A stretch of DNA of 64,000 nt. Source: Trichinella spiralis. Taxonomy: Eukaryota. Within the stretch, counting starts at the first letter, position 1. Each line of letters starts with the position of its first letter. The notes under the pieces were generated by a model that was given only the letters and a program-made list of their open reading frames with translations, was not told where the DNA came from and ran no database searches. Positions 1-13,700 of this stretch are shown one piece after another. Made by a program: the position numbers and the translations under genes. The stretch lies in assembly GCF_000181795.1 (NCBI RefSeq), contig NW_003526941.1:10763478-10827477 (forward strand), read 5' to 3'.

Positions 1-900
1 TCTGGATTGGAGCCGAAACAGAGTCCCAGCACTACGTCCACTGTGAATTTGCATATCTGCCTCTAGGATAGATACGACTTATGAATTCACACAGATGTTG
101 AAATCCCATAGCGGAGTGCAATGCTACAGGCTTCACATCTGGGACCATTCCTTTACGAAATGGACAGAGTCATCTCTTGAAAGTCGATCCAGCCAGCACG
201 GGAACTTGTGCAATGAGACTCAGCCGTGGGGGCCCCCGTTCAAGGGCAGGGGAGCGAGGGGCGGCGCAGGGGCAGTTGAGCTAGGCTTGACCTTGTTTCC
301 AAGGCGGCAGGCCTCTGGTACCGCAACCGGGTGAGGAAGAGGTGAGCTGTGAAAATATGGACTTCATCATTTGAGACGGTTAGGGTCGCGTCGTGCAGTG
401 TAACCCATCGAACTCCTGCGCACCACCCTATCTCACATTCCTCCTATCCTTGCACTGCTATTCTCAAACATTTACTTATTCTAATACTCAAAAACTATAG
501 CAGTGCTACCAACTCACTATGCTCAAAAATTGTCCTTTGAAATGGTCGACAAATTATTCAACCATTTTCTCTTTCCGCAAATGAACCTTAAACTCAACTC
601 GACAAGGCATGGGACGTGAAAACGTTCAAATGCGGAAAGCCACTCAAATTCATTTAAATAATAGTACTCATGATCTACGCCCAATTACTCTGATTAACAA
701 ACATCTGAAATAAATGCTCAATAACCTACAGCTCGAATTTATATAAATTACAGACTCAAGAACTCCTCAGTGAAGTTTACCTAATTAACCTAACTCAACA
801 AATTATACTTACCCAACTTACCCTCGTCTTCCGGACGTTCGCGTCCATCTTCTATTCTTCTGTTTCTAAATGTAGAAGAATTAGTTCAATGAAATAATGC
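1..900. other. GC-richer segment of unknown origin, possibly repeat or transposon derived
   Basis: Composition of 1-440 differs sharply from the AT-rich flanks. The frames I translated were stop-interrupted or gave no recognisable domain. Two minus-strand GTAAGT donors lie at about 808-822. The segment is near an assembly gap and a repeat copy. Confidence 0.25.
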
Positions 901-1507
901 TATAATAAATAAAAATCAAAGCCGTTTTTATTGCTATTCTTCGTTCGTCATCGCATTGAAAACGCCATTGTTCATTCGCCGCACATCGATCGCCTACAAT
1001 TATTTCAAATAAATTTCAAGAGTCACGAAAAAATTTGCATAACGTTCATTTCTACTAATTAACAAGTATCAAACGTATTGTTCATTTCGTTAAGCAAACA
1101 TTATTCAGGTCACATAAGCTGAAAAGCAAACAAATTGCAGTTGCACGCAAATTTGCATTCAAACTAGACAACACCTATGTTTGAAAAGATAACATTCTTC
1201 TTTCTCTAAAAGCATATCTTACTTTGTACTTAACGAGTTAATAAATTGAGCAAATGCCGTTCACCGCTGCCGTTAGTCAACAAAGTCAATTTAACTGGCC
1301 CACTGTTAATGTGAAGGCAATTTTCAGACCACCCATATTTGCATAAAAGTCAGATATTGCGCGCGTTGCGCTGAAAAGCGTTTTACGTGCGCTGAATAAG
1401 CTACTCAAAGATGAACTGGAACACAATACGAAAAATGAAGGTTTGAAATGATTTGAAAAAATATTCAGATGCACTGCCACATTCAACCAATAAAAACTAC
1501 CTGAAAA

Positions 1508-1517
1508 NNNNNNNNNN
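1508..1517. other. Assembly gap (10 N)
   Basis: Run of N at 1508-1517. Confidence 0.99.
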
Positions 1518-1870
1518 CACGCCATCGCATTTCTGTATTTGAGATTTGAAAATTCAAAAATGGCCTACATAAATGGAACTCATCACATAACGCTTTTCAC
1601 CAGAATATAAGCACCCTAAGCTGCGCGAGTTGACCAACAAAATTAACCAAACAGAAAATTTAATTTACCTAATCTTTCTTCTGATGATGTAAAATTTGAA
1701 AAGTAATATAATGTAATAATAAAGTTAAATAAATTAAATGAAAAACAATATTTTCCTTATTTGAATAATAGATAACACTAATCGCAATTCGAATTGTAGT
1801 AGCAGTGTTCAAAATGAAATTCAACGCCATACTCAAGTGGAAATTGAAAAATTGAAAATAGTGTACAGTT
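1518..1870 (+). repeat. Dispersed repeat copy A (inverted relative to 3797-4158)
   Basis: Blocks such as TTTGAGATTTGAAAATTCAAA(A/T)ATGGCCTACATAAATG, GCTTTTCACCA, TTTTAATTTACCTAAT and GAAATTCAA(C/T)GCCA..CAAGTG.AAATTGAAAAATTGA match the reverse complement of 3797-4158 in collinear order. Confidence 0.85.
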
Positions 1871-2481
1871 CATTCAGTTGTATCTAGACGCTTGAGTTTC
1901 ATAACAAATTGAAATATCAGTTTTTTTGAAACCACTCCCGGTTGAACTATATATATTTACATAATTGAGAATTTTGTCTTGTTTTTCAATTTATGTGAAT
2001 ATTTAAATGAAACAAACCTACCTACATGAAGACTTAAATTTACTTGGGTTCTTGCAAAAAAACATGAGGAGATAAGTTTTAAAATTAAATTTTTACCTGA
2101 ATACAGTTTTTTCACTTGCACGTTAGCTACGCACCGTTACCGTTAATCGAACACCACTGAAATGAACTATTTATTATTAACCACGTGTACAACATTTGCT
2201 TTTCTCTGATTGGTCTGTTACTTTGTAACCTTCTTATCGATGATTTGGCAATCAATCCATTACTGTATATTACTGTATTTTTTTGATGATCAATTATTTT
2301 TGCACAATTTTATTTTTGAAAAATAGCTTAATTAAATATTAAATAATTAATTGAGTGCGTCGATTTATTTATTTTTTTTATTTATACAATGATGCTCCTC
2401 AAGTCGCTGACTAATGTGACAGTGACTGTTTGTTTTCGTTCGCAGATTATAAAGCTTTTCTGAACAAAATCTACATATTAA

Positions 2482-5400
2482 CTAGTTGGTTATAGTTTCG
2501 TAGTTGATCTTTGTATCAGGTCTTGTGCTCAACGGCAAACTTTCTTCAACGCGTACATCACGCGCTGGTGTCGCGACTGCGCTCGACGCGTTCGAGAATC
2601 CTTCATTGTGGACAACGTTCAACAGTTCTGCATTGAGACCGTCTTTGTTCCAATGAACTTTGGTCGACTCGAGCATATCCATACTAGCGGCTAATGATGG
2701 ATCTTTCAAAATGATGCGTTCCACTGGAATGTTGACCACGCACATGAACACGTCGTATTCTGGTGCCAGGATTCCATTCTTGAAAATATAATCACTCCCA
2801 TAAGATACGCCGACAATAAACAGCAACGATAAAAGCATTGACATGGTCTTGAAGGGAAAATACTGGGTTTCCGTTACTGGGTCGTACCATGGATACTGGA
2901 TCAGCGCTGGAAAGCCCAGCAATGTCTCTCCGCCTGACACTCGGAAAAACAAGCCGACAATATAGCCGCTCAGTGCGCCATAAGTATTCGCCTTTTTCAT
3001 GTACACCACGCACAACAGTTGCGGGAAAAGAATTACATAAACTAAATCGGAGCACAAAAACCACAAACCATAAATTGTATCCACCGACAATGCCATAACC
3101 ATTGCCATAGCGCCAACCAGTACTATGCTGATTTTCATAACCCATATTATTTCCTTTTCTGAAGCCTTAAATTGACAAACATCTCCGTGCAACAAGTGAA
3201 AGAATGGAATAAGGAAAAATCATACGTGCGGTCGAATGGCAAGCTTCCAGATATTTCTGGCAAACATTGATGCAGCGGATAATATTGACGAATCTGCGGA
3301 AGACATTGTCGCTGCAGAAACCGCACCCAAACCGATAAAAGTAGCCCAAGATGGATTCAAATAATCCAACACTAGAGGCAGAGTCAACTTCTGAAATTCA
3401 TACGGTATATTTTCATACTTTGTGCCATTTTCGTACGGTTCCCAATCAGTCATGGTCCAGTCTACAAAAGAAAAATTTTGAGGAAAAACTGACAACAAAA
3501 AACAACTTATGACAAATTAAATAGGATTTCACATCCCACTATTATGGAAAAAAACAATAATCTTTACTATGATTTTCATTTTCATGTTTTGATGACAATT
3601 TTTGAACAATCTTTGTTAACAATTCTTACTGTAGAATCAGAACAAGCTCATCAACTCTATCAACCTTTCTTTTATCGTTTATCTAACTGCTTGAAATTGC
3701 CATTTATTCTGTCCAATTAATTGACTAGATCATTATTAATATGTTGCTTTCCATGCTGCCAGATGCAAAAAATAACCCTTAATAATATAAAGCTATAACT
3801 GTAGAATATGGTCAATTTTTCAATTTGCACTTGTGTTTGGCATTGAATTTCACTGTGAACACAGAACAGGTCGAATATCTCTAAGCAATCAGTGTTTTTA
3901 TTATGCAAAATACCGTTTTTCATAAACGTAATTATTTAACCTTATTATAACTTTATATTTTCAAAATTTTCATCATCAGAGACATTAGGTAAATTAAAAT
4001 ATTTTGTCTGCTTAATTTTGTTTGTAAAAACGCCCAGTTTATCATGCTTATATATTGGTGAAAAGCTTTTTGCGATGAGTTGCATTTATGTAGGCCATAT
4101 TTGAATTTTCAAATCTCAAATTTTCAAAAAAATTTCAAATTGCATGTGCAGAGGCGTGTTTTGTCTAAGTCAATGTTTTTGTTATGGGGTTTTCTGTCCG
4201 ATAGTTTATATTTTGACTGAATTTCAAAAGTCAAGGTCATTTTTGAATTTTCAAATAATTGTCATTGACTGTTTAATTTGTCACCTTATGCGAACTGTTT
4301 TTCCAAATCATACTGTTCTCTCTTCTTACATTTAGCATTTAATATATGGAAAATAAATATATATTAATATAAAGCAAAAGCAAAATCAATTGAAAATAAA
4401 AATTGAATATTTGAAAAAAAATTTGTAGAAGTAAATAAATAAATAAATAAATATTTATTTATTTATACATATAATTAAAAGAAGAAACCCCTTACAAACT
4501 TTTTCTCGGTTGTTTTTTACAAATTAAGTTTGAAATATTAAATATATTACAAAAAATTAAACGTAAATTTCAGCGTTTGAAATAAGTGCCTTATTAAAAT
4601 AAATTACAAATTAACTTTAATAAGGTAAACAGCTTTGTTTTATACATTAACTTTTCAGTTATTTGTCTAATCCCATTCTTGCATTGCCAACAGAATGCAA
4701 GCTGCGCGTGCTGTTAATTTACGTTTAATCTAATGTAATAATAAGTGGACCGACCTAGTGATCAGAAGAGAAATTCCATTTTAAAGATCAAATGTTGTTT
4801 ATAAATGTAATATTGATTCCGTGATATATTCTTAGCACAGACAAAATCTGAAGGAATTGTAAAATCTCTTAACAGTGTGTGCATGAAGAAAAAAGATGAA
4901 ACCGAAAATAATTAACAGTAGTGAAAATTTTGAATAGAGTGGATCAATTGAGTTGAAATGCAAATGCACAACTTACTTGTAGATTTGGCTACCATACCGA
5001 TAATCATTGACGGAATAGCCATGATGAAGCATCCAATAGCTGCGACGTAAGAAAGCACTTTGGCACGCCAAGCGCTCTTGGACGACAGCACACGTTGAAA
5101 GTAAGCCTGCAATTGAAAATGCAAAATTAATAATGCAGAGTTTAAGAAAAAAATTTTAATAAAAACCAAAAAAAATAGATCAACAAATTGTCTATAATCT
5201 TACTTGCCACGGGATGCCGCCTAATGTCAGCAAAAGAAAAGAATCTATCCACAGAAACCAGGATCGAACGTCCGGTATACTGCCAACCCATTCACCCGCC
5301 GTGTAAGTTATGCTTTGTGTAGCGTCGTGCAGTATTGCCGGTGGAATGCATATCCACTAAAATCAAATTCACCTCATTACAATAAAAATGCAATGCAAAA

Positions 5401-5806
5401 ATGTTCAAAACTTCGAGTATCTTCACTAAATATGCCCACAAGAAATCTTGAAATTCAATTTTCACTGTACGAAAGTGAATGAAAATTTACAAATGAAATC
5501 ATTTACTGCATCTGCACAAGCTTGACAAGTTAGCACAATGGACAAAATTAAACATAGTTTTCGATTGTTTTCAAATTTCGATTAAACTGAATTGAATTAC
5601 ATACCATAAAGAGTTATTAATCAGATCAGTGAAAAAGCAAAACAACACATCTTAATTTTTACAACTCAAATCTATGCTTTTTACTTTCCTACTTTTGCAC
5701 TTGCTTGTTTAGCGGAGATAATAAATTGAATGCCAAACAAAAATTAGACTATAAAAAGATGCTTCAACGGCAGATTAATCAGAATAAAAAATGAAACAGA
5801 ATTGCC

Positions 5807-5853
<47 letters not shown>

Positions 5854-7282
5854 CGTGTAATATTCAGTGTTTACTTCTACAACTGCCTAGATTTTGTCAC
5901 AAACAATGACAATGATGTGCAACCATGAGAGACTAGTAAGCTCTAGACACACACGACTAGAGGACAAAATTGTGGCAAGATAGAGAGAGAGAGAGAGAAA
6001 GCCTAACAAGCTAGCCCAGATGAACGCACTAGCCAGCTTGTTAGTTGGCAGAAAGTTTGCAACTTTTAATCGATGCACCCGGAGGATAACATCCAACCGA
6101 CAAGGGAACCGTTCACAGCAGCGGCTTATGAATCAAGCTAATTTCACAGCTCTAATTGGAACTGCGTCGGCATCTTCCCAAAGCTGATTGTCTTTTCTTC
6201 AACAAACAACAATCAACATTGTTCAAGAATGAAATTGCAAACGACAATCGCTAATTTAAAATTTTCGCTTCAACAACATTTCCACTGACCCTTTTAATAT
6301 TAAATCTACCTTTGTGTGTGTATGTGTCTATTTTAAAATATTTCTCTCGTTTTGAAATTAGCAACAGATTTCCTATTTCAAATCTCTTCAGTCGACTACG
6401 CCAATTCACGTCAGATAAAAAAAGCATACACATGCACTATTTGAATTGAACAATTTAAACAATTGCTCATATAAATATATATATCAACTTACCAATCCAA
6501 TGAATATAGATATAAGCTGAACCACGTCGGTGTACGCAACCGAATAAAGACCTCCACAGAAAGTGTAAAACACCGCTATACTGGCGGATACAATCACCGA
6601 TATGTTGTTCGGTATGTTCAAAATGACAGTCAAAGAAGCACCTTAAAAATTAAAAGAATATAACATCTCCTTCTGCACACTGGTTCTTATTGATCCAACA
6701 ATGCTTGAAGATAATTACCTAAAGCTGATAAAGTCGCACCTGACCAAAATACTTCACCCAACAGGGCGGGTATGAACAGCAAGCCCACCATACGCTCACC
6801 AAATTTTTGCTGAAACGGATCAAGCATGGTAACGTAACCTTCATTGCGCATCTTTTCGGCAAACAGAATACCACCTGAAAATTATGCTTTGAAGTTTACA
6901 TGAAGTTTACAAGGATAAATTTACCGAGAGATAAACTGGCAGCATAGCCTAAAGGAGCCTGACAATTGATCAAGCCGGAATCATAGATAATCTCTGCTGT
7001 GCCACTGATGTAACCACCTCCAACCCAAGTAGCTGAAATAAAATGTTGAAGAAGAAGAAAATAAAAAAAATATTATTGCACTCGATTATTTTTAAAATCA
7101 AATCATAATTTTCAACCTGTCATAGTGAATATGCCAACTATGAGGCCGATGTTTCGACCGGCCAGCATCACATCTTCACTGTCGTCGGTGCTTTTTGTCT
7201 TCCTGGCAGCCCACAGGCCTACCAGCAGAATCATCAAGTAGAAAACAATCAGTGCAACAAGTCCAACTACGTTGAATGCCAT
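2482..7282 (-). CDS. cho-1: High-affinity choline transporter (SLC5A7/CHT1, sodium:solute symporter family), ~593 aa, 8 exons
   Basis: Exons 7282-7117, 7032-6925, 6874-6719, 6641-6493, 5356-5204, 5106-4977, 3461-3226, 3165-2482, all GT-AG and in frame. Motifs include [98 protein letters not shown] and FPFKT. Confidence 0.96.
3797..4158 (-). repeat. Dispersed repeat copy B in cho-1 intron 6 (inverted relative to 1518-1870)
   Basis: Reverse complement aligns by eye with 1518-1870, with scattered substitutions and indels. A sub-repeat of the TTTGAATTTTCAAAT block recurs at about 4242-4256. Confidence 0.85.
5811..5858. repeat. Compound (AT)n(GT)n microsatellite in cho-1 intron 4
   Basis: Visible directly in the sequence. 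Confidence 0.95.
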
Positions 7283-10200
7283 TTTCTAATATAAGCCTTT
7301 TTTTCTGCTTTCCTTTATGTGCAAGTTTTATTATTGCGTAATAATTCTCAAAGCTGGCCTTGTACTTGAATCGTAGAAGCTTCAATACATGGATACTTTT
7401 TCACTCCACTTCTACTAAAATTAACATGGCTAAAGTAAGTATAGCAGAAGTTGGAAAATTAGAGTAGAGTGAACTGAAAAGTGTCTTCTATTCGCTGAAA
7501 TAACTTTGAATGCGCCTTAATGAAGCACGCCTTTCAGAGAAGTCCAACGCATTTTGATCTCATTGGAGCCATGAAGCGAAATCAACTCAACTGGGCAGAT
7601 CTCAAGCAAAGTCATCGATTGATAACTTTTAATTTTACATTTACATCTATCTATCCATCTATTGCATACTAGTCGCAAGATAGTTTAGTTTATTCAAAAT
7701 CCGCTTCCGCATCAAATTACCAAAATACTTTTTGTACTGCAGACTTGTACAATTTATTTACTAAACTAAGTAAAAGCGGTCAGTTCAGCTCTACATCTAA
7801 TATAGAAACAAAATCTACTTGAATGTTGACATCTTAATTCAAAATGCAAATATCGAATTCAATTTTAATTATCCTAAATTACATCAGCAGCTTTGTTTAA
7901 ATGAATAAATTAAATCTCACATTGCCAAAATATAGTGATTTTCAAATGGTGTAATTCGGTTGACTGTTTAAGCACGCAATTGTTTATCAGACATTAAACC
8001 TTCCAAATTCCACTTGGAATTTCTGTGGAAAACAAACATCAATTTGCATTCACAACTTTGAAAACCAAATTATTGAAAAAGTTGAATCAGAAAGAAAAAC
8101 AAAATATTTTATAAATTTTACAAGTCGATCGAGCAATCAGAAATGCATAATTTTTGCTCATCGTTATAAATTGCCGTGCTTTGGAAAAAGTAAAATTGTT
8201 GACTACATTTTGCCTATACCATGTTGTTAATTGACCAGTAATGATAACAATAATTGCTTGAATAATTAAGACAATATTATTATATGGTCAACCAAAGCAT
8301 CAATGAACGAAATACAAGAAAATTTGTTTTTCAACGTACAAATATAAATAAATAAATGAATGTAGAAAATGAACGTGAATTATGAATGAAGTGAGGCCAA
8401 TTTGGACAGATCTAATTTATATTCAGCGGAACTATTTGCCAATCGGTTTTTCCTCAGCGTTTTTGCCCAAGTTCAGTCTTCTAATCTTAGAAATGCTAAT
8501 GACCATTTTAGTCATTTTAAAAATAGCTTCATTCCCCATCTGTAAAAATGCAAAAATACCATGAAAACACTAACAACAACAACAACAACAAAAATGACAA
8601 TTATAAAACAATTTTTTTTCCTTCGATCGCTAATTGATCAATAAGAACTTCACAAGATTGGGCGGAAGCGACACTACCTGATAGCATGTTTTGAATATTT
8701 TCAAAAATTCTTGCTTTCACATTAACGTTCAATAAAGACGCATATCTTTATCTTCTTCTTCAGTTGTGAATTCTGAACTTTGTCGTGCGCAAAGCTTAGC
8801 AATCGCAGTCAAAATCCCCCAACTTGTCAGCAGCTCACAATCAATTAACCAAAAAAAATACATGACTACTTACTTATTTTTGCAATTTCAAACAATAAAT
8901 TGCACAACAACAACAACAACAACGAAACCTCAAATACTGTCCCAATAAAAATAACAAAAATGTTTAAAAATAATTTATTTACACAATTTTAACTTTAAAC
9001 TTTCACATTAAAAACTTTCTAAAAAGTATAAATTTATCTTTATGTATACACCTGTTGAACAACAGTATACAGTAGAGTAGAATAAGAAACAAAAACTAAC
9101 TTGTGCAAATACATCACCAGAAAAGCTCATAAAACTGAAATAATAACGATGAGAATAATGATAATAAAGCATGTGCTATTTTATAGTTTCTGAAAACAGT
9201 CGCTGAATTTTGAAAAACACCTCTATTTTCATATTTATTTATTTTGATGCAGTTTTAAAGTGCAAATTTAAAGTAAATGAAATGAAAATCTTCCATCAGA
9301 AATTATTTTTAATGGAGCATTTTGAAACCACTGAAAGTTGCCAATTAACATGCAATTTCAGTGTGAAATACTGACGCCTGATAAAGGCTAAAATACCGCA
9401 TGCAACATTACACATCTCGCAAACAAAACAGAGTTCCCAATGTTCCCACTGTCACCATTATTTACTATTACTACAACAGTTGTTCGACTTGAACAGATTT
9501 TTTAAATTATGATATAAAAAAATGATAAACTTCGAATTTGAGTACATTTTAAAGTAGGTTAAAAGGCAATGTTAAATATATCCATGCATATTTTGCTTAC
9601 AATTTCGACAATGGAGTTAGAAAAGAAGAGAAAAACCGACAAAATTGCAATCAATCGCCGCACTTATTCAAAAAGAACCCATCTTACTTCTCTAAAAAGA
9701 AATCACCACAAACAGCTCATCAAAGAAAAAAATAAAGATTTCCTTCAGTTGAATCGAAAAATTCTAATCAATCCAAAATTATGAAAAAACAAAAAATAAT
9801 AATCGTTTTCAATCAATAAATAATTCCCACAAACTGTACACAACAAATATGCAAAACGCATGTTTATACATCCAAGTAGAGAAGAACATCAACGGAAATT
9901 TGTAGAGAAAAAAAAGATTGTTCATTCATTAGTTTGAAAGACCACTTTCCAATTATTTCAATTTGTATGAAAATAATTGCTTTCATGCTCAGTGTACCTT
10001 TGTAAATCAATCGAAAAAACTTTCTCAAACCCTTAATCCACCCATATATGCATATGTGTACTTGTTTGTGGTCTACAGTGGTTGAGCACAAGAGTGGAAT
10101 TATACAAAAAGTTCCAAATCGAAATGTAAAATGAAAATAGTTCCCATTTTATTTATATTTAACCAAATGGTTCTAAAAGTGAAATTCATTTCTAATAATA

Positions 10201-10529
10201 ATCTATTTCAACAATAAATAGTAAATGATTAATATCATTCTAATGGAAAATTATCATTACGCTTGAAATGGAATACATATGAACGAACAACTGTGTGTGG
10301 TATGTGTGTGTGTGCGTGTGCAAAACTTACTAAACTGGAGATTGTACGATATTTGAATTTTTTGAATTTTCCAAGCCAAAGTTTTATCGCAAGATGATAA
10401 ATATGGACAGATTAGCTTCACCGGTAGGAGAAGTGTTTGGTCAGGACCAAAAAAGTCGGTTAACGGTTAGTGTTAGGATTCGCGAAGATGATAATCAACA
10501 GTGTGCTGTTGGAGTTTGATCGAATGACG

Positions 10530-10760
10530 GTTGATTGGAAAATTCCCAAGTGTTCCGACGTTCGCCTGGCAACGGGCGTGGTCAGCCATCTCGGAGGAGC
10601 ATGGCTTTGAACCAGCCGAATCAGACCAATCACATCCTTTAAATTATCGGCTCACGACCGACTGGACTGAACCAATCAAATGTGGCAAATGACGAATCCA
10701 CCCCGCACAAGCAACTACTAACTACTAGACAATTGCTTGGTGATCCGCACAAGCGGACTA
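10530..10760. promoter_or_regulatory. Candidate promoter/enhancer island upstream of cho-1
   Basis: ATTGG 10534, X-box-like GTTCGCCTGGCAAC 10560-10573 abutting GC box GGGCGTGG 10574-10581, CCAAT at 10626 and 10672, direct repeat CCGCACAAGC at 10703 and 10745. GC-rich, with no long ORF. Confidence 0.4.
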
Positions 10761-13700
10761 GCATAAAATGTGAACGTTGTCAATGTCCAATAATGCAAAT
10801 GCAGATGATATAGTGTTGAAGCAACTGTCAACTCAGGTGTTACTTGTTAAATGAAGTTTAAAAATTATTAAAGAATAAAAAAAATCAATTTATACTTCAA
10901 ATGAACTTCAAAATCACTGTACGTAACAAATTATTCATGCTATTTATTTAAGCGTTGAGCAGAACTCATTTAAATCATTATCGATAAAAGCTGATGGAAT
11001 AAATTGCAAATATGAAATTAAAAAAATGAATAAAAAAGAAATCTGTCAATAAAATATATAACAGATAAATGTGTGGTTTATCGTTTTTTTTTCTTATAAA
11101 ATTTCCATATACACATAAATAAATAGATAGATATATTGATTTGGAATTTTTCGTTTAAAAAAAAGAAAAGAAAAAAATGAATGCCAAGGAGAGGAGAGGA
11201 GAGGAAAGGAAAAAAAATAAGTGTAGTAATTGTAGCAGTTGTGGTAATGGGTGGTAGAGGTGGTTAGTTGGTTAGTTAGTTAGTGAGTTTTAGTTAGTTG
11301 TGCAACAACAATTGATGGAAGAAACGTGTGATGAAATGAAGTTGGAAGAAATTGACTGATTTTGATTGAAATTGGTCGTTCAAACACTGACTTGAAAACC
11401 GGCTAACAAGCTTCTTTAAAGCGAGAATTGGCTAGCGATTCCTTCCGCTGAGCTCAGATTTCGGCAATCACCGTCCCTCTGTATCTGGACATGACATACA
11501 CAATCACAACCAAACATAGCATGGAAAAATTAAAATCCCCTTTTGCACTTTTTTCAATTTAGTTATTTTAATTTTTTTTGCATGCGTTGAATGAATTTTT
11601 CATTTTCAGTTTTCTTTTGAAAGAAACTTTTTTTATCATTATTAAAATTTAATAATCTGCATGAAGATGGTGAACCAAGAGAAAGAGGCCTGGGAGAATT
11701 TACATTTGATTCGTCATATTTCAGCAAGAAATATGTTGCTGATTACGTGAGTGAAGAAAAAATTTTCCAATTGCTCGATTGTGCGTGTGTATATGTATGT
11801 ATGTAACGTATGCAATTTCTCTCGTCTGAGCAAAAACGATTCTTGTTGATCAAGCGTAAAAAACACATAGATAAATAGATAGATAGAGAATGAGAGGGGA
11901 AAGAAGGACAACAAAGCCATCGCTTAATTGCTTGCTCAACGCTGAAAAGTAAAAGAAGTGATGACGTATTTCTGATTAACGAACAAAATCATGAAACTGT
12001 AAAAAATGCAAAGATGAGATGATTTGCTCAGAAAATGAGTGAAGATGTGACATTCCGCCAAGTTCCCTTTACCCTTTTTTTTATTCCTCTTCTTCTCCTT
12101 CTATGCGCTAATTGTTGTTCACTATGATCAATAGTAGCAATAAACATACAACACGTCGCCAAAGTTATTGACTTTTATCAATTCTACGACAACAACAAGC
12201 ATTCCGGTAAAGTGAAGCAAAACAAAAAAAGTTCAAAAAGTTCAAAAATCCTTGCTATACATATATAGATTGCACAAATATGCTGCTGAAATTTTGCTTT
12301 GATTTACAACGCCAACTAAAATCTCGTCCCTAGTCAAATCTCAACTTGAAAAAAAACTATATATATATATATAATTTATAATTGAATTATACGTATATTT
12401 ATTTATATGTATTATTTCATCTCATTCAAAAAAGTCATTTTCTCTTTTGCAGCTAATTTATCATTAATAGATGGCAGCATTTGAAAATTGAAATAATGAA
12501 TGAACAAAGTAGAACTGAGAAATAGACTTTTGAATTTACAGAAATTAACATTAAACACCTGCAAGTATGACGCACATGTTGACGCAAAAGTTGATTAAAA
12601 TAATTTTCCAGATTCAAAAGAAGAAGAATTGACAGAAAAATATACGGCAAATTGAGCAGTTGCAAAGAATGCAAAAAAAAATGACAGTCAACCTTCTGTG
12701 AAAAATGGGATAACTCACTTCCCAGTGCTACAATTTTCAACAATTCATTTCCACCAATACAAACATAAATGACACACAACAATCAAAAGCGGAAATCCCA
12801 GCTAAGCAAGTAAATTTACCCGCGCGAATTGACAATTTGCAACTGTAACTTATATTATTTTATGGCCAGCCGTCTGGCCGTTGAGGCAAAATGAATGGCA
12901 ATTTTTGGTGAAAGCCATGAATCACTACTACTGCTACTACTACAACTACTACTTCTACACGTGAATTGTAAAAATAAATCAATCAAATAAAAATCCCTCG
13001 TACAACAACAACAACATGTTCCTCTTCGTTTTTTCCCCCACTCTTTTTCTCACCCAAATGCATCAATTATGGGTTTTTATCCGCAGGATAAGTGCAGCTG
13101 GAAAATTTATTCCACTGATAAAGTTGTTGGTGAATATTCATTTCTCAGGTTGATTCCACCGAGAGCATCAATGAAGTGCATTTGAGTGGAAATATGAGAT
13201 TTTTCGGAAATTTCCATTCCGTCCAGATGACACTTTGACGTGTAGTCAATTGAATGGATCGTTTCAGCGTGAGATGCACCATCTTTCACCCCCGCGCCGG
13301 TCCCCGCTGAACCGCCATAACTCTCCTCCTCCTCCTCCTCCTCCTCTTCTTCTTTTGCATTTTCACGTTTAAAAACTATATTTGCAAAAATTTTTAACGA
13401 TCCAACAAACAACATTCATAATTAATAAAACATGCTCTGCATGCATATTTGCTATGAAAGCAAACAAATAAACAAACAAGAAAAATCTATCATCAACGTT
13501 AGCTAAGCTTAACGTTTGTTGTTGGTGTTGTGTTGTGTTTCTTTTGAAAATTCAAAAGAAAAAAAATATGACGATTGAAAAATTGATCTATCCATTTGTG
13601 CAACAGAATTGTGAAACATTGAACAACAGAGAAAAAATGCACAGCACAAAGATTAAGCAGAAGTTTTCCAAATTTATTACTAGATCATTTTCCCCAGTGA

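Noticed and set aside
10744..10761. Helitron-like 3' end (TCCGC-ACAA-GCGGA hairpin plus CTAG)
   Set aside because: Only a 5-bp stem, with no spacer before CTAG and no second copy of an element.
13107..13415. 102-aa minus ORF with a poly-Glu tract
   Set aside because: Driven by a (TCC)n/(TCT)n microsatellite. No recognisable motif or exon partners.
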